DNA of 12,436 bases from a bacterium (GCA_046757525.1 JBHHYI010000123.1:1-12436), one strand, 5' to 3'. Shown: positions 1 to 7,802, counted from the first letter of the stretch. Notes: a model not told the origin generated them from the letters alone. Program-made: numbers and translations.

Positions 1-94
1 AGATGCCCGGATTCTATTCTGACTCTTAACATGCTCTTATAGGAAACGCTCCTCTGGAGCGGAATGACAGTTGTTTCTCTTTGAGCACAAAGGT

Positions 95-203
95 AGTCGT
101 CCTGAGTAGTCCCGACCGCTTTTGGGTCGGGACATATCGAAGGGCGACGGCCGTCACCCCTCGATACGGTCACTTGAACAACAGTGACCTACTCGGGATG
201 ACT
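95..203. repeat. Cloverleaf-shaped palindromic (REP/PE-like) element
   Basis: Outer inverted repeat AGTCGTCCTGAGTAG (95-109) / CTACTCGGGATGACT (189-203), 13/15 paired. It encloses three hairpins: GTCCCGACC/GGTCGGGAC (109-133), TATCGAAGGGCGACGG/CCGTCACCCCTCGATA (135-166) and GGTCACT/AGTGACC (168-189). Confidence 0.85.
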
Positions 204-236
204 CGCACAGTGCTGTTAGGAAACGTTCCTTGAGTT

Positions 237-290
237 GGTTGCAAAAATCAGCGAAGCGAAATCCGGCAGCCGCCGGATATTTTTGCAACC
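237..290. repeat. Second nested inverted-repeat element
   Basis: Perfect 12-bp inverted repeat GGTTGCAAAAAT (237-248) / ATTTTTGCAACC (279-290), enclosing GCGAAGC (251-257) and hairpin ATCCGGC/GCCGGAT (261-278). Confidence 0.75.
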
Positions 291-482
291 GAACGGTTCT
301 GTAAAATATGTCATGCGGACTGATTATTACACTCCACCTACGCCTCTTACGAATAAAACGACTCTGGTCGTCGGGTGCTTATTTGAATCACGATGAATTA
401 GTCTCTTTGTTAAAAACCGGCCAGCTAATTTAGTTCCAGCAGATTTTTCGGAAACGGGGATTGGTCAAGGCGCGGCGGATCT

Positions 483-1388
483 TCACGATCTGGCTAAACG
501 CTCCTCTTCGTCCCACTTTTTGAGCGTTTTGCGATTGCGGAATTTTATGGCGAGAATGACACTCAAGAAAAGCAGTAGAATCAGAATCCAGAGATAGGTT
601 TCAAAATCGAGCAGAAAATGCCAGCGGTACTTTTTCTCCACGTATTGATTCCATTCCCACTCAAAATCGATGAGGTCCAGCCCAAACGAGTCTAAGAATA
701 GCGTGTTAAAAGTTCCTTGATTCTTGAGCCCCCTGATCAATTGCGTCAGGGCCTCGTACCCAAACTTTTCTTCTAAGAACAGAATGGCTGAGTAGCTCTC
801 TTCGTAAGCGAGTCGAGCCTTTTCCTTCTGAAAGTCCAACACATCGTCGATCTCGTCCAGCGGAACCAGGGAATTGCTGATCAAAGCCTTGGAAATGGCT
901 TTGCCTCCCGAAAACTCCTGTTCTTTCGAAAAATAGACTGCAATCCCTTCGTTGAACCATCGGGGAATGGCCTCCGGGTGCTCCACGGCTTGACCTACCA
1001 GAATGTGTGTCAACTCATGTAAGACTAAATTGTGAAAAGTATCGAAGGTGTTGGCCAGGCTCGGCGACTTTATGATGATTAAGTTCCTGACGGGATCTGC
1101 CACCCCTTCGCCCCAGTCGGGAATGTGTTTACCGGTCAACTCATTAAAGATGTGTTCGGACGGGCACAGAAAGACCTTCACCGGTTTGACCAAATCGACT
1201 CCGAGCTTCGTTCCCAGCTCTCCGTATCCGGTCTCGAGCATGGTAGAGAGCTGCTCGGCGATTTTTTCATCGCTTTCAGCGTAATAAATTTTGAATAATG
1301 GAGATTCGAGGGTAAACCACTTGGTCGGAAGGGTAACTAAACTGGGAAACAAAAGCAGAGCAATATATTTTAGTTGCGTTAAATTCAA
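483..1388 (-). CDS. Peptidase MA-like (gluzincin) zinc metallopeptidase, exported and C-terminally membrane anchored
   Basis: HELTH (HExxH) motif followed by PRWFNEGIAVY carrying the third zinc ligand Glu; hydrophobic N-terminus; C-terminal TM helix YLWILILLLFLSVILAI then a basic tail. The TTG start overlaps the upstream TGA stop (TTGA, 1385-1388). Confidence 0.85.
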   Translation of the reverse strand: MNLTQLKYIALLLFPSLVTLPTKWFTLESPLFKIYYAESDEKIAEQLSTMLETGYGELGTKLGVDLVKPVKVFLCPSEHIFNELTGKHIPDWGEGVADPVRNLIIIKSPSLANTFDTFHNLVLHELTHILVGQAVEHPEAIPRWFNEGIAVYFSKEQEFSGGKAISKALISNSLVPLDEIDDVLDFQKEKARLAYEESYSAILFLEEKFGYEALTQLIRGLKNQGTFNTLFLDSFGLDLIDFEWEWNQYVEKKYRWHFLLDFETYLWILILLLFLSVILAIKFRNRKTLKKWDEEERLARS

Positions 1389-2542
1389 ATCTTCTTAAGC
1401 GCCTGTTCTAAATCAGATATTAGGTCTTGCACATCTTCGACCCCGACCGAAATCCGCACCAGACCATCGGTGAGGCCGAAACGATCTCGTTGTTCCTTTG
1501 GCACCGAAGCGTGGGTCATGGAAGCGGGGTGACTGATCAGACTTTCGACGCCGCCTAAACTTTCGGCCAGAGAAAACAAAGAGACGTTTTCTAACAAAGC
1601 TTTACCTCGTTGCCAACTTCCCGTTTCGAATGAAACCATGCCTCCGAAACCTGGCTTGCCTTGCGGGTCCAGTTGTTGTTTCCTGGCCAGTTCATGCTGG
1701 GGATGGGAGGGCAACCCGGGAAAGATGACCTTCTCCACAGCGGAATGCCTTTCCAGGTAACGTGCGATGGTTAGAGCGTTGCTGTTGTGCCTGGGCATGC
1801 GCAAATGCAAGGTTTTGGTGGAACGCAAGATGAGCCAGCAATCAAACGGGCTGGGCACGGCGCCCACGGCATTTTGCAGGAAGGCCAGCCTCTCGGCAAT
1901 CTTTTCGCTGTTGACCACCACGACGCCGCCGACAACGTCGCTGTGTCCGTTGAGGTATTTGGTGCTGCTGTGCACGACGAGGTCGGCCCCCAATTCCAGA
2001 GGCCTTTGATAATAAGGACTCAAGAAGGTATTGTCGACGGCGAACAACAAATCGCGGGTCTGGCAAAATCTGGCGATCTCGCTGAGGTCGGAAAGTCGCA
2101 GCATGGGATTGGTTGGCGTCTCCACAAAAAGCATGCGCGTGTCTGGCTGAACGGCCTTCTCGATGTTCTCCATCTTTGACGTATCTACAAAACTGAAAGA
2201 GAGACCGTAGTCGGTCATGATTTGCTGAAAATAGCGATAGGTGCCACCGTAAACATTGTCGGTCACGACGACGTGATCGCCCTGCTTCACCAATCCCATG
2301 ACCGCCGCAATGGCTGCCATGCCGGAACTGAACGCACAGCCGAACGCCCCTTTCTCCAGGGCCGCAATGTTTTTTTCCAGGGCCAGGCGCGTGGGATTGG
2401 CGGTTCGGCCATATTCATAACCTTTGTGCACGCCGGGAGATTCCTGCACATAGGTAGCGGTTTGGTAGATCGGCGTAATGATAGCGCCGCTATCTGAATC
2501 CGGCTGTTGACCCGCATGTACGGCATCGGTGGCGAATCCCAT
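1385..2542 (-). CDS. Cystathionine gamma-lyase/gamma-synthase family PLP enzyme (Cys/Met metabolism), probably the gamma-lyase
   Basis: YEYGRTANPT, FSSGMAAI, YGGT, ETPTNP, VDNTF, HSSTKYLNGHSD (PLP Lys), AESLGGVESL and RISVGVE motifs. Start moved from 2656 to ATG 2542 (MGFATDAVHAG) behind SD GGAGGAAG at 2544-2551. Adjacent to a cystathionine beta-synthase. Confidence 0.93.
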   Translation of the reverse strand: MGFATDAVHAGQQPDSDSGAIITPIYQTATYVQESPGVHKGYEYGRTANPTRLALEKNIAALEKGAFGCAFSSGMAAIAAVMGLVKQGDHVVVTDNVYGGTYRYFQQIMTDYGLSFSFVDTSKMENIEKAVQPDTRMLFVETPTNPMLRLSDLSEIARFCQTRDLLFAVDNTFLSPYYQRPLELGADLVVHSSTKYLNGHSDVVGGVVVVNSEKIAERLAFLQNAVGAVPSPFDCWLILRSTKTLHLRMPRHNSNALTIARYLERHSAVEKVIFPGLPSHPQHELARKQQLDPQGKPGFGGMVSFETGSWQRGKALLENVSLFSLAESLGGVESLISHPASMTHASVPKEQRDRFGLTDGLVRISVGVEDVQDLISDLEQALKKI

Positions 2543-2556
2543 GCTTCCTCCAAATC

Positions 2557-3927
2557 TTAAGACGCGATGAACTCCAACAGGTCTGATTTTGTGATGATGC
2601 CAACAATGGTGTCGCGTTGCTGGATCAACACCGCAGGATTGTGGCGGGTGAGCCATTTCTTGACTTCTTCAATATTGCTGTTGAGGCTCACCGTGGGAAA
2701 GCTGGGCTTCATGATTTCTTTGACCGGCTGATCGATGAGCATGCTGTTCTCAATGACCCGTTCCATGAGATCGCTTTCCTCTAAACTGCCAACGGCTTTG
2801 CCGTCCTCGATCACGGGCAGTTGCGAGATGTTGTATTCTCTGATTTTCCCCAATGCCACGCGCACCGCATCGCCGGGATCGACGAAGATCAACTCCGGAA
2901 AACTTGCATCTTTTTCCTGCAAAACCCGCTTCAGGGAAATTGTTTCCAAATCGAGAAAGCGATTCTCCTGCATCCACTCATCGGAGTAGAATCTGGACAG
3001 GTAGCGTTCGCCTGTATCGGGCAAGATGACCACCATCACTTTGTCTGCGGGCAAATCCCTGGCTACTTTCAAAGCGACGCTGACAGCCGTACCGCTGGAA
3101 CCGCCGACAAAAATGCCCTCTTCTCTGGAAATTTTCCGCGCCATGTTGAAGGATTCCTTGTCGGTAACCGTGTGAATTTCGTCGATGTATTCGAAGTGCA
3201 GGGTGCCCGGGATGATGTCTTCGCCAATGCCTTCGACTTTGTAAGGCGTAGCTGCGGTCATTTTTTTCGTGTAAAAGAAGTCCTTGACGATGGAACCCAA
3301 CGGATCAGCGCCAATGACTTTTATCTTGGGATTTTTTTCCTTCAAGAATTTGCCGGTTCCGCTGATGGTTCCGCCGGTGCCAATGCCAGCCACAAAATAA
3401 TCGATCTTCCCGCCGGTTTGCTGCCAGATCTCCGGTCCCGTGGTGCGATAGTGGGTCGCTGGATTTTCTTCGTTGTAGTACTGATTGGCCAAAATGGCGT
3501 TGGGTGTTTCCCGTACGATTTTCTTGGCGACTTCGTAGTAACTTTCAGGAGACTCGGGCGGGACCGCGGTTGGCGTGACGATGACGTCGGCGCCATAGGC
3601 CTTTAGCAGCCGCACCTTCTCAGCACTCATTTTATCTGGCATGGTAAAAATGGCTTTGTAGCCCTTCAAAGCAGCCACAAGCGCCAGGCCAGCCCCGGTG
3701 TTACCGGAGGTAGACTCGACGATCGTGCCGCCGGGCTTCAGGCGCCCTTCCTTTTCAGCGGCCTCGATAATCGAGAAGGCGATTCGATCCTTAATGCTAC
3801 CCGCAGGATTAAAATACTCAACCTTGGCCAGCACCGTTGCGCTAATCCCTGCCGTTACCCTGTTGAGCTTGATCAAAGGTGTGTTACCAACCGTCTCCAA
3901 GACGCTGTTTAAATAGGCGGCTTTCAT
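2557..3927 (-). CDS. cbs: Cystathionine beta-synthase with C-terminal CBS (Bateman) pair and no N-terminal heme extension
   Basis: GNTPL, EYFNPAGSIKDR (PLP Lys), TSGNTG, GIGTGGT, YKVEGIGED and PDTGERYLS motifs; C-terminal CBS motifs ISQLPV and GIITKSDLL. Preferred start is ATG 3927 behind AGGAGA (3935-3940); alternative 3948. Confidence 0.92.
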   Translation of the reverse strand: MKAAYLNSVLETVGNTPLIKLNRVTAGISATVLAKVEYFNPAGSIKDRIAFSIIEAAEKEGRLKPGGTIVESTSGNTGAGLALVAALKGYKAIFTMPDKMSAEKVRLLKAYGADVIVTPTAVPPESPESYYEVAKKIVRETPNAILANQYYNEENPATHYRTTGPEIWQQTGGKIDYFVAGIGTGGTISGTGKFLKEKNPKIKVIGADPLGSIVKDFFYTKKMTAATPYKVEGIGEDIIPGTLHFEYIDEIHTVTDKESFNMARKISREEGIFVGGSSGTAVSVALKVARDLPADKVMVVILPDTGERYLSRFYSDEWMQENRFLDLETISLKRVLQEKDASFPELIFVDPGDAVRVALGKIREYNISQLPVIEDGKAVGSLEESDLMERVIENSMLIDQPVKEIMKPSFPTVSLNSNIEEVKKWLTRHNPAVLIQQRDTIVGIITKSDLLEFIAS

Positions 3928-3955
3928 GTTAATTTCTCCTAATGCCATTCATGAT

Positions 3956-4444
3956 TCAGTGTTGGTTCAGCCTTTCAATCACAGAATCAACCAGGATTAA
4001 TAAAACATTCTTGGCGCTCCTGGGTTCCGCTATTCGGCAAAATGTGAAGTAAGTCTGTTTCTCAACACTGATGTTAGCGTTTAGCAATGGACCCGACACG
4101 TTTTTTGAGGGTTGATTCAAGTTGGCTGCCACCACCAGAGGTAAATCATAATGGGAAGTCACAAAATCGATGGTGGATTTTGCTGCGGTGTAGGACTCGA
4201 GGTTGTTCCAATCAAACAAAACGATGTAGCCCAGCAGTTTCCTCGAAACTAAATCCCAGGCTAATTGTAGATTGTGGCCTGAGATATTCAGACCATACAG
4301 GTGAAGCAAGAGCTGCCGATTTACAGCTAACTTACCAAAAATCAAAGAATCATTTTGAATTTTTATTTCATCGCAGACCGTCTTAATAAATCGTTTCTTG
4401 ATCTCGTTTTCCGAACCCAAAATTGCAATTTCACCGATTCTCAT
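3956..4444 (-). CDS. Degenerate small GTPase-like protein (MglA/CvnD-type fold, P-loop lost)
   Basis: The strand/helix pattern IAILG..., FGKLAV...LHLYG, WDLVSRKLLGYIVLFD, LPLVVAAN matches small MglA/CvnD-like ATP/GTP-binding proteins, but G1 reads GSENEIKK. ATGA overlap with the upstream gene (4441-4444). Confidence 0.7.
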   Translation of the reverse strand: MRIGEIAILGSENEIKKRFIKTVCDEIKIQNDSLIFGKLAVNRQLLLHLYGLNISGHNLQLAWDLVSRKLLGYIVLFDWNNLESYTAAKSTIDFVTSHYDLPLVVAANLNQPSKNVSGPLLNANISVEKQTYFTFCRIAEPRSAKNVLLILVDSVIERLNQH

Positions 4445-5679
4445 AATGATGATTTTGCTTGCTCAATTTCCTTCGAAAGTTTCTCGCGTATCATTAGAAG
4501 CTCGCTTTTGTGCAAATAGATCTGGTTTTGTATTGGAGGCCTGACCTCTGAATTATTTGTCAACTTGTTGTGCGATTCAGGTTGGCTGCTTCCGCCTGCC
4601 GGTTGCGCTTTATTCTCAGACCCGCTGGCCTCTCCTGTACTGGTCAAAAATTTTGAGATCAGTTTTTCCAATCTGACCTGGTGGTTGAGGCTGCCGTTTT
4701 TGTAGTTATTGCGCAGCGGGTTACCATTCTTGCAGGTTGGTTCGGAGGTTACCTCCTTCAATGAACCCCTGGAAAAGAGCTTTCCAATGATCTTGAGGGC
4801 TTTCAAATCGTCTAATTCGCTCGACTCAATCAGATCGATGACTCTGCTTTTGCCGTTGATCAGTTGGATTAGTTCTTTTTCGTTTTCGGATAATCTGTCC
4901 TGGGCCAGCCTGGGGCTTTTTTGGACCACAACACCAAGAGGCGGCAAGCGCTTGCTGAGTTGCACCCATCGGTCACGGCGAATGGAAGCCTGATAAAGCA
5001 GCTTACTCATGGAATCCCTAATCACCCGGGGTCTGTCGATGTCTTGGATGTCAACCCGAAATGAGCCATCTGTCCAGGTAATCATTCGCATGATGGCCTC
5101 GTTGGGGTCCAGATTCTCCAGAGTAGAATCATAGACTTCCCCGGACTTCATGAAGACAGTGCCTTCCCTGGAATCTTGTTGCAGCTTAATAAGGCCGGTC
5201 TTTCCGCCGATTTCCAGCGTTCTGAGCAAATCCACCAAATTCATTTCGCTCAACTTTCCGGAGAATCCTTTAGTTTTGTTGCGCGAAGTCGACTGCAAGA
5301 TTTCGATCTCTTTCAGAATAATTTCGAGACGGACCAGCACTTCCATGCTTTGAAACGGTTTGGTTATGTAGTCGTCAACCCCTAATCTGATGCTGTGTAC
5401 CCGTTCATCGACGGTGCGGTGCCGGCTCATCAAAACAAAAGGAATGGATTTGGTGGCAGATTGCGACTTTAATTCTCTCAGCAAGTGATGACCATCGATT
5501 TTGGGGAGTTTTACTTCGGACAACACCAGGTGAGGACGGAATTCGCGACAATGATTCAGCGCAGCGGCGCCATTGTCGACGATTCTGACTTCATAACCCG
5601 AGACCACCAATAGTTTTCTGAGCTCTTGAATTTCTCTGAGATCATTGTCTGCAATTAATATCCTTTTTCTTTCCATCAC
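4441..5679 (-). CDS. Atypical response regulator: pseudo-receiver (D to E) + DUF4388 (PatA_N) + winged-helix-like segment + disordered linker + C-terminal helix
   Basis: REC fold (ILIADND, PHLVLSEVKLPKIDG, IPFVLMS, GVDDYITKPF); DUF4388 pattern FSGKLSEMNLVDLLRTLEIGGKTGLI...GTVFMKSGEV...WTDGSF. Start is GTG 5679 or ATG 5676. Confidence 0.88.
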   Translation of the reverse strand: MMERKRILIADNDLREIQELRKLLVVSGYEVRIVDNGAAALNHCREFRPHLVLSEVKLPKIDGHHLLRELKSQSATKSIPFVLMSRHRTVDERVHSIRLGVDDYITKPFQSMEVLVRLEIILKEIEILQSTSRNKTKGFSGKLSEMNLVDLLRTLEIGGKTGLIKLQQDSREGTVFMKSGEVYDSTLENLDPNEAIMRMITWTDGSFRVDIQDIDRPRVIRDSMSKLLYQASIRRDRWVQLSKRLPPLGVVVQKSPRLAQDRLSENEKELIQLINGKSRVIDLIESSELDDLKALKIIGKLFSRGSLKEVTSEPTCKNGNPLRNNYKNGSLNHQVRLEKLISKFLTSTGEASGSENKAQPAGGSSQPESHNKLTNNSEVRPPIQNQIYLHKSELLMIREKLSKEIEQAKSSL

Positions 5680-5704
5680 TACAACCTATGCATAGTCGAG
5701 ATGC

Positions 5705-7660
5705 TCATTTCCCAGAAGCTGCCGTTTCTTTGACACCCAGGTTGGTCTCAAAAGAAGATTTCGTCACACTCTCAGGGGGGATCAGTTGACTGATCAAGTG
5801 TGCAGCGGATTTTTTCTCAGTGGCCTCGAATTCGAATAACTGTTCCCGTTCTTCTAATCGAAGCGTATTGCGGACAAATTCGAGAGAAAGCCCCTTGTTT
5901 TCCTGTGAACGGTGGATAGCTATGATATGCGGTGCACTCAAATTGTTTTTCAAGTAATTGATCAAGTAGCCGATGTACCCCAATTTTGAGTAACCGTCGC
6001 CACTTATGAGCACGACGTAGGCGACCAACGAATTCGAAAATTGTTCCAGCAAATGCAAGAACCTTTGCTCCGTGGAGACCCCAATGATGTCCACCTTAGA
6101 GTCGTGACCGATTTGGACTTGTCCAATGTCAACAGAGAGGTCCCCGGCAGAGTCCAGCGACTTGCTGGCGTAGTGGTCATCGGTTAGCAAAGAGATCAAT
6201 TGCTGGCGAGACCTTGCCACGTCGCAGATGATCACCACCTGACCGCTGTTTGCTTTTTTGTTTTGCAGCAGTACCTTCAAATAAGATACCACGCCGCTGC
6301 TGTCAGCCGCAGACTCGGGTTGCACGGTAAATTCAGGCGGTCGCTGGGCAAACGGTGCCGTGGGCACTTCTTCGCGTTCCACGGGTTCCGTCTGAATCTT
6401 TGAGATGCCGTTCACGTTGTTGTTGGTTGGCGTCACTTCCACCGGAGCTTCCGTTTCTGCAAGTTGCTGCGGCGGAATCCCCAGAACAGATGAATCGGGG
6501 GCTTCAGCAGGCTCGATGGTTGGCATTTTCAAATCGTCTTCAACAGAGTTCGGGGATGGAGCAGGTTCCGGCGTCTCTAAATGGTCTTCTTCTTCCACCG
6601 TGCCGTTCTGGCTAACTTCGCTCGTCGCATCCTGTCCGGAGAAAACGCCAGGAGGCTCCACTAACTGTGATGTGGCCAATGTGTCGGCTACCGCGTCTGG
6701 CGTTTTTGCCAGCGACGCTTTGGAGCGAACAAACCCCTGTTGGTACAGTTTTGCAATTCTTTCTAAGGTCTTCAAATCGTCATAGTTGCTGTCCACCATG
6801 ATCTGTGAGATCGTTCGCTTTCCGTCAAAGAGCGAAATAAATTTTAGGGCGTCGGTAGAAATGGCGCGTTTCTGCAATATTCTCTCAAACACCGCTGTCT
6901 TAACCAAAACCGTATCGAGTGCAGGAATCTCCGCGATCAACTTGTCGCGCTCCTGCAAATATTTGAAACCCTGGAGGAGCAAACCGAGATTGCTCACAGA
7001 GATCTCATCGCCAACGCTGATCGCCTTGAACGTCATCAAGAAGTGGCCTTTTCTCCAGGGCAGCATTTGATAAACGGCTTTTTCGGCCTTAAAATTGCCT
7101 AAAGTGGCTTTTACCACCGCTCCGTCTCTAAAATACAGATCGCCATTTCTGTTGTTTTGGTCATACAGATTCAGCACTCCGGTTCTTCTCTCCACCCCAA
7201 ACTTTTCGATGAGATCTTCAACACTGTATTCCTCCAGGCGGCCAACTAACTTGTTGCTGGATTCTTCATCTTCACTTTTCATTCGATTGATTCGTTTTAA
7301 GATCATTTGTACCCGTGCGATGACTTCTTTGACATGCAGGGGCTTAATCATGTAATCCTTCACGCCAACCCGCAGACTCTTGATGCGATCTTCAAGATCG
7401 CGACGATTGGTCAAAAAGATTAACGGGATCGTGCTCCCTAAAGGGTCCTCTTGCAGCTTCTTTAAAAGTTGAAATCCATTTAATCCGGTTATGTCGATTT
7501 CTGATAGAATAATATCCGGCTTTTGCGAGTGGATAACTTCCCAGGCCTCATCGCCATCGGTGACAGCCAGCACCTTGAATCCTGCCGACTCCAAACTTTC
7601 AGTTAGAATTTGCAGATTCTTCGGATCTCCATCAATAACAAGAATGCTTGGGTTGTCCAT
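5705..7660 (-). CDS. Atypical response regulator: pseudo-receiver (D to E) + DUF4388 + acidic Pro-rich linker + C-terminal degenerate GTPase-like domain
   Basis: REC fold (ILVIDGD, PDIILSEIDI, IPLIFLT, DYMIKPL); DUF4388 pattern LVGRLEEYSVEDLI...RRTGVL...GDLYFRDGAV...WRKGHF; low-complexity E/P/S/T linker at about 6290-6720; C-terminal alpha/beta domain at about 5783-6244. Confidence 0.88.
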   Translation of the reverse strand: MDNPSILVIDGDPKNLQILTESLESAGFKVLAVTDGDEAWEVIHSQKPDIILSEIDITGLNGFQLLKKLQEDPLGSTIPLIFLTNRRDLEDRIKSLRVGVKDYMIKPLHVKEVIARVQMILKRINRMKSEDEESSNKLVGRLEEYSVEDLIEKFGVERRTGVLNLYDQNNRNGDLYFRDGAVVKATLGNFKAEKAVYQMLPWRKGHFLMTFKAISVGDEISVSNLGLLLQGFKYLQERDKLIAEIPALDTVLVKTAVFERILQKRAISTDALKFISLFDGKRTISQIMVDSNYDDLKTLERIAKLYQQGFVRSKASLAKTPDAVADTLATSQLVEPPGVFSGQDATSEVSQNGTVEEEDHLETPEPAPSPNSVEDDLKMPTIEPAEAPDSSVLGIPPQQLAETEAPVEVTPTNNNVNGISKIQTEPVEREEVPTAPFAQRPPEFTVQPESAADSSGVVSYLKVLLQNKKANSGQVVIICDVARSRQQLISLLTDDHYASKSLDSAGDLSVDIGQVQIGHDSKVDIIGVSTEQRFLHLLEQFSNSLVAYVVLISGDGYSKLGYIGYLINYLKNNLSAPHIIAIHRSQENKGLSLEFVRNTLRLEEREQLFEFEATEKKSAAHLISQLIPPESVTKSSFETNLGVKETAASGK

Positions 7661-7757
7661 TTAAGCTCGTCCCTAAATAGTGAAAGTCCTGTTGGTCCAA
7701 ATTCGCAATTGTTTATCAACATTAACAATTATTTGCTATAACACACTAAATCTTTTA

Positions 7758-7786
7758 AATATAAATAAATTCTGTTTCCTTGTCAA
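7758..7786 (-). promoter_or_regulatory. Sigma70-type promoter for the six-gene operon
   Basis: TTGACA (7786-7781), 17-bp spacer, TATATT (7763-7758); about 100 bp upstream of the 7660 start and just downstream of a terminator. Confidence 0.8.
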
Positions 7787-7802
7787 GACAATTCTGAACC
7801 TC

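Noticed and set aside
95..203. Cloverleaf as a tRNA or CRISPR repeat
   Set aside because: Stem lengths do not fit tRNA, there is no T-loop motif or anticodon loop, and there is no repeat-spacer periodicity.
2543..2656. His-rich N-terminal extension (HHCWHHH) on the gamma-lyase ORF
   Set aside because: Artefact of taking the longest ORF: it overlaps the cbs 3' end in another frame, and a strong SD precedes ATG 2542 where family similarity begins.
2821..3606. 261-aa plus-strand ORF
   Set aside because: Antisense shadow of the conserved cbs gene with no recognisable motifs.
7709..7728. Rex operator
   Set aside because: Here TTGT...ACAA spans 20 bp, not the 18 bp of TTGTGAA-N4-TTCACAA.
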